NCBI GenBank assembly: GCA_950097015.1
Contig: CATNEN010000026.1
Coordinates: 1,240,001-1,304,000, forward strand
Source: Macrostomum hystrix
Lineage: Eukaryota; Animalia; Platyhelminthes
Length of the DNA stretch: 64,000 nucleotides
Direction of reading: 5' to 3'
Part shown: piece by piece, positions 61,001 through 64,000 of the stretch
How positions within the stretch are numbered: position 1 is the first letter of the stretch
Layout: every line of letters starts with the position of its first letter
The notes under the pieces: model-generated
The model's database searches: none
What the model saw: only the letters and a program-made list of their open reading frames with translations
What the model was told of the DNA's origin: nothing
Translations under genes and position numbers: made by a program

Positions 61001-63228
61001 AAATAGCTCTTGAAGGTCCAGCAAATCCGTCTAGATAATGGTAGGTGACAACCGAAGACGGAGATGATGCAGACACATTCAGGGTGACATGCTGATAAAG
61101 TTTGAAGGCCTGGCAAGGCTGCACTGAGGCCCAGTGCTAATACCTGTATAGGTGTATAAAGTACACTAGCGCTTATGGGAAAAATCTGACCTTTGGCCAG
61201 AACCATTGAATATCTCGACGATCTGAAGAGCTGGCGGCTTGATTCTTGTTTCAGAAGATAAGCAACAAAAAGTTGGCCCGTGTTCTTGAGTTTCGTGTGC
61301 TTGTGTTGCTCCGTTCGGATGCAGCACGAAAAATTGTCAGGGAGGATTCCCCCATTAGTAGTTCTACTGTTAAACTAAAATGCAGAAGACAAAAGCTAGA
61401 TAATATTAAACAATACTTATTGCTTTTTTATACTACTGTGTGTTAGCACTATTCTACTTGTAAGTAGTATTAGCTCGTTAGTAGACATTAAACCAAGCGC
61501 AGTAACGCCAGATGTACAGCTGTTCAGTCCGTGGACTGGAAAGTCCACAAAACCCACCCAAATTTCTACGCCCTTTGATGATCATAACGATCTTAGGGAA
61601 TCTTAGAACTTGGACACAAGTTGTTTCCTTTGGGTTGCGATTCGAACTCGCGACCTCCCAGTCAAAAGTTTGACACTAGGCCTAAGAATTTAAACTCTCT
61701 GCCATTCATTTTGCAGGCCTGCCACCAATCTCAATGCAGCATCCGCCGCCTTCAATGCTGCCGCCGTCAATGCAGCATCACCAGCTTCAGCAGCAATTGC
61801 AGCTGCATCTACCGCTGCCGACTTCGCAGCCTCCGCCAGCGTCAGCACCTGCCGCCGCTTTGACGCCTTCGTCGACAACATCTTCGATTAGCGGGCCGCC
61901 GCCGCCGCCGCCAGCCCCTGCCGCTGCCGCCGCTGCCCCCACCGCCGCCATTGTAGCTGCTCCACGCTTCAAATGGACAGACATAGATACTAACAGACCA
62001 TTGGCTGCCTATTTCAGCATTAACGCTGGCCTGCACCTGTTTCAGGCGCATCCGCAGCTGCCGCTGATTGGTCAAGCCAGGCAGACTCTTGAGCACACTG
62101 TTAACGAGCTATTGGAACCCGTAGCTCAGCGCTGCGTGCGGATTGTTCTAACTACAGTAGAGGGCATTGTTCGCAAAGATTTTGCATTGGACGATGATGA
62201 AGGCCGCCTGCGCACAGCCGCTCACAATATGGCCAGATTTCTCACTGCCGGCATGGTTCTCATCACCTGCCGCGAGGCTCTCAGCCTCAACATGGAGAAT
62301 AAGCTGAGGCAGCAGTTTCTAGCCGTGATTAGTTCGCCTACACCGCACCAGAAGGACATGATTGATGAGGCAGCCAAGACTATCGCTGTCGACAATCTGG
62401 AGTTCGGCACCGCCTTCATTCAGAAGGTTTGCATTTCTGGGCCATTTATGCCGTGTGCCATTTGAGATTTGTGCTCTGCATATAGTTGGTGTGATTTGAG
62501 CACACTGCATATTAGTGAGATTTGAGCACACTGCATATTAGTTAGATTTGAGTACACTGCATATTTGTGAGATTTGAGCACACTGCATTTTAGTGAGATT
62601 TGAGTACACTGCATATTTGTGAGATTTGAGCACACTGCATATTAGTGAGATTTGAGTACACTGCATATCTGTGAGATTTGAGCACACTGCATTTTAGTGA
62701 GATTTGAGCACACTGCATTTTAGTGAGATTTGAGTACACTGCATATTTGTGAGATTTGAGCACACTGCATATTTGTGAGATTTGAGCACACAGCATTTTA
62801 GTGAGATTGAGATTAACTTAAATTTCCTTTAGAATGGTTGATTTTAGACCTTGGAGCGATTTCATCATGTGAGATGTCTCATGTCTAATCCTATCCTTGT
62901 TACTCTAAGATGTAACCCCGAACGGTCCTTAAAAACTGCACTCCACTCAGGCCTGCGTACTCAAGGCTCTCGGCCAGGTGGACACCAACCTGGAGTCGGA
63001 CTATCGCGCCCGCATACTGGCTCGCCAGGAGGGCCGTCGCTACCATGACGCCCAGCAGTACGCTTATCACAGCGGCGAGTCCATGCCAGCCCAGCTGCGC
63101 AAATCTCTCGGCCAGCCATCTCTGTTCAGCTTGGCTGTGTACTCGGAGTATGCCGACAATGTACCCGGATTTGCGTCTCCTGCCCCGCCGGCTGCCACTG
63201 CCGTCTCGTCAGTTGCTGTTCAACCTCC

Positions 63229-63261
<33 letters not shown>

Positions 63262-64000
63262 GGTCATTCAGCAGCCGCAGCCGCCAAGAAACGAAGCCGC
63301 CCAACTATTTGACACCATCGCCTCAGAGGTTGAACGCCAGTCGCAGTACATCGCCAATTCGCCGTCGAATTCAACGGACAGCGTCCAGCTGGTTCAACGG
63401 CTTCGCGTCCTAGTAGAGCGCGCCCAGGTTGCTAAGCAGAACCCTGGCAACGATGCCTGCGTCAGCGAGATGGTCAAAGCTGCCGTTGTGTCGCTATTTC
63501 AAACATTCAAGCGCCAAGCCCTGCAGTCACTGTACCCCAGGGAAGTGCTGGAAAGGTACAAAGATGCTCACACTGTTGTGCTCAGGCTCATGTATCAGCC
63601 CAAGATTAGCGGCCTAGGCTACTCTAGCTGCATGAGTCACGTGGTTACTCAGATCTGGACAGAGATGAACGAAACTCACAAATGGAATAGCGATGCGTTT
63701 ATAGAATTATTGAAGATACACATAGTTAGCCTGCATTCGTTGGATTCACACCTGGCTAGACAGATTCGTGCTAACAATCTGCGAGCTGTACGCTTTGTAT
63801 TAGATCTATTTCACGCGCTTGTACTGTGCGACAATCGAGAACAGACTGTTCTCAATGAATGCGATCTAACTGGCACTATAGCTGTGCTCAGTCATTGGGT
63901 TGAGAAGTCTCCGGCTGGTCAGGCTCCAGACGATTGCGCCAGGGTTTGTCGCCGAATGCGCAGTCTGTTAGACTTTGGCCTACTGGAACAGCATCAGGTG
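46006..64000 (+). CDS. CNOT1: CCR4-NOT complex subunit 1, 5' portion (runs off window)
   Basis: Exons 46006-46104, 49569-50339, 51079-51480, 54604-54846, 55559-56131, 56819-57239, 58167-58830, 59636-60807, 61717-62426, 62951->64000, with consistent phases. Motifs: LVNQHGFEAERHLYRCLFSSIDFS, FYRPWRNAQGQLSF, KRDYLNLEVW, IFFIFNNLS, YLVMKRVTTEPNFHQLY, LKFEVEILCK, VRKDFALDDDE..LRTAAHNMAR.LTAGM..ITCRE, ARQEGRRY. Confidence 0.96.
50440..50903. repeat. 35-bp minisatellite in CNOT1 intron 2
   Basis: (CTAATGCAGGGAGGGAAGCAGCCTACTGTTGGTGT)n. Confidence 0.95.
51540..54545. repeat. 35-bp minisatellite (~85 copies) in CNOT1 intron 3
   Basis: TGAAATCCCTGTCCTGAATAAATCCCAGAACCAAC, with a 35-bp period (51661, 51696). 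Confidence 0.97.
54985..55450. repeat. 46-bp minisatellite in CNOT1 intron 4
   Basis: GGGTCAGTTGACC recurs at 55035 and 55081. Confidence 0.95.
56137..56715. repeat. 32/33-bp minisatellite in CNOT1 intron 5
   Basis: A block of GGATGGCTGAAGCTCTCACTGAGGGACTTCTG (32 bp) is followed by a block of a GGGGTTATTAG variant (33 bp). Confidence 0.95.
57345..58110. repeat. ~22-bp minisatellite in CNOT1 intron 6
   Basis: (GACTGATGAGTGACCATC(T/G)AGT)n. Confidence 0.95.
58850..59582. repeat. ~38-bp minisatellite in CNOT1 intron 7
   Basis: Degenerate (AAGCTTCGTTCGATTCTTCAGTCGATTCCATTCCTAC)n. Confidence 0.92.
62462..62810. repeat. ~26-27-bp minisatellite in CNOT1 intron 9
   Basis: (GAGATTTGAG(C/T)ACACTGCATATT(T/A)GT)n. 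Confidence 0.92.
63230..63259 (+). repeat. (CAG)10 coding poly-Gln tract in CNOT1
   Basis: In frame within exon 62951->64000. Confidence 0.9.

Noticed and set aside
61625-61685. tRNA/SINE-like B-box (GAGTTCGAATC) on the minus strand in CNOT1 intron 8
   Set aside because: Too short and degenerate, with no A-box or SINE body recognised.

Overview
Eukaryotic (metazoan) genomic DNA with GT-AG introns. The intron style and the separate minisatellite in most introns suggest a flatworm such as Macrostomum; this is an inference. Host genes flank the window: a GABA-B-like class C GPCR (<1-4166, +), a small acidic orphan gene (43620-44716, +) and the 5' part of CNOT1 (46006->64000, +). The main observation is that 9519-40868 (31,350 bp) looks like one giant DNA transposon. 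It has ~110-bp imperfect terminal inverted repeats starting 5'-CA, a 7-bp target duplication (GTGGCGG), and it splits a minus-strand Helitron. A second Helitron copy at 41144-43052 preserves the empty site. Inside the element are an intact intron-containing CxC/KDZ (Kyakuja-Dileera-Zisupton) transposase and a spliced C2H2-finger + PR-Set7/SETD8-like SET gene. It also holds a paralogous finger gene; both finger genes follow near-identical leader cassettes. Two orphan minus-strand coding exons, several satellites, and nested Merlin, hAT and SINE remnants complete the cargo. All calls were made by eye from the sequence; no database search was run.
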